A DNA stretch of 64,000 nt. Origin: Oscillospiraceae bacterium. GTDB taxonomy: Bacteria > Bacillota > Clostridia > Oscillospirales > CAG-272. Below, piece after piece: positions 63,117-64,000 of this stretch (the first letter of the stretch is position 1; each line of letters opens with the position of its first letter). Where the stretch lies: positions 1,155 through 65,154 of the forward strand of contig SVTS01000004.1 of assembly GCA_015063645.1 (NCBI GenBank), in the 5' to 3' direction. The notes beneath the pieces are model-generated. The model saw nothing but the letters and a program-made list of their open reading frames with translations, was not told the DNA's origin and ran no database searches. The position numbers and the translations under genes are program-made.

Positions 63117-64000
63117 TTACTCTGTCAGAGGCAGACCCAAATCCCGGAGCAGACGCGTCAGCACATACTTGTCCCGGATATCCGCGCCGCAGCGGAAGAG
63201 GATCTGCCGCTCCTCCTCACCGACGCCGATCTCCGCAAGTCCTGCGGGGAAACCGATCTTCTTCATAAACGCGCAAAGCTCCCCGGAATCGGGCAGCGTA
63301 TTCATCTCGGCGCACAGCTCGTCCCATTTTCCGATAATCCGCTCCAGCCGCAGGGCATGGGCGGATTTGTCATATTTATGCTCCACCGCTTCCAGCGCGA
63401 TCATGGCTTCCGCGCCGGGACCCACGTTTTCGCGCAGATAGGCGGCATGGGCATCCCAGTCGAAGGCTTCTGCGGCGGCAAGCGCCTTTGTCCGGTCGGG
63501 TCTGGTCGTTTTCAGATGTTCATAAGCGCGGATTACATCCAGCGCCGCCGCACCGCACTGGATGCCGTGCAGCTCCGCCGGAGTACCGAAAGCCAGAGAA
63601 CGCATATCCCGGATATGGGAGAGATAATGCTCCATGCCCGATGCGGGACGGGAAACGCCTGCACACCGCATGGCAAGTCCCGCCATAATCAGTCCCTTCG
63701 CCAGCACGCCTGCCGCATCGGGATCGCCAGCCAGAACCGCTTCGATATTCTCCGATGCCGCGTCCAGCGCGCTCCGCATCATATCCGCCACGGCAGGACA
63801 GTAGAACTCATCCAGAATAATCTTCGCCAGCCGCCATTCAACGAGGCTGACGTATTTCGCCGCCATATCGCCGTAGCCGGAGAGGATCATCCACCGGGGC
63901 GCCGCTGTCAGCACATCCGTATCCAAAAGGATCGTTTCGGGGGAGACGGTATTCAGGGAGACTTTCAGTCCGTCCATCTCCATAGCGGAAGTGGGCGATG
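63117..64000 (-). CDS. iron-containing alcohol dehydrogenase family, sn-glycerol-1-phosphate dehydrogenase (AraM/EgsA)-like; 5' end outside window
   Basis: C-terminal part only; ..PASGMEHYLSH.. and ..GIQCG.. metal/substrate motifs of the G1PDH/AraM group; reading frame continues past 64000. Confidence 0.7.
   Translation of the reverse strand, partial: SPTSAMEMDGLKVSLNTVSPETILLDTDVLTAAPRWMILSGYGDMAAKYVSLVEWRLAKIILDEFYCPAVADMMRSALDAASENIEAVLAGDPDAAGVLAKGLIMAGLAMRCAGVSRPASGMEHYLSHIRDMRSLAFGTPAELHGIQCGAAALDVIRAYEHLKTTRPDRTKALAAAEAFDWDAHAAYLRENVGPGAEAMIALEAVEHKYDKSAHALRLERIIGKWDELCAEMNTLPDSGELCAFMKKIGFPAGLAEIGVGEEERQILFRCGADIRDKYVLTRLLRDLGLPLTE

Overview
GC-rich chromosomal segment that looks Firmicutes/Clostridia-like: sigma-A type TTGACA/TATAAT promoters, lipobox lipoproteins, a T-box leader and AGGAGG-type ribosome-binding sites. 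I support about 50 protein genes, one tRNA-Ser(GGA), one T-box riboswitch, many hairpin terminators and several families of short GC-rich palindromic intergenic repeats. Housekeeping genes (pgsA, rimO, recX, recF, recA, gmhA, mnmA, mnmE, cysE, cysS) are interleaved with a large carbohydrate-use gene load. That load includes GH43, GH5, a roughly 970 aa GH-like enzyme, a heparinase II/III + DUF4091 + FAD-oxidoreductase operon, two AraC regulators, and a Gfo/Idh/MocA oxidoreductase followed by three tandem xylose-isomerase-like TIM-barrel paralogs and a beta-helix protein. Main findings: (1) seven paralogous, roughly 500 aa solute-binding lipoproteins sit as stand-alone genes with no ABC permease or ATPase gene anywhere in the 64 kb; (2) two secreted proteins next to these SBP genes share an LPXTG-less C-terminal tail (T/P/A linker, PATFDA, TM helix, K/R cluster) that looks like an undescribed sorting signal; (3) the oxidoreductase/TIM-barrel cluster may be a non-hydrolytic (3-keto) glycoside cleavage pathway, preceded by a leader with two GGGTGCACCC palindromes; (4) a roughly 150 nt array of mini-hairpins punctuated by GTGAAG/CTTCAC lies after tRNA-Ser; (5) REP/MITE-like palindromic repeat families occur, one copy flanked by an 11-bp direct repeat that spans a stop codon; (6) the T-box controlled cysE-CPBP protease-cysS unit has an N-terminally extended CysE and a 474 nt repeat-filled spacer. 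Long antisense ORFs are common here and were rejected as GC-driven shadow ORFs. All functional calls rest on my recognition of motifs in the translated ORFs, because no database search could be run.
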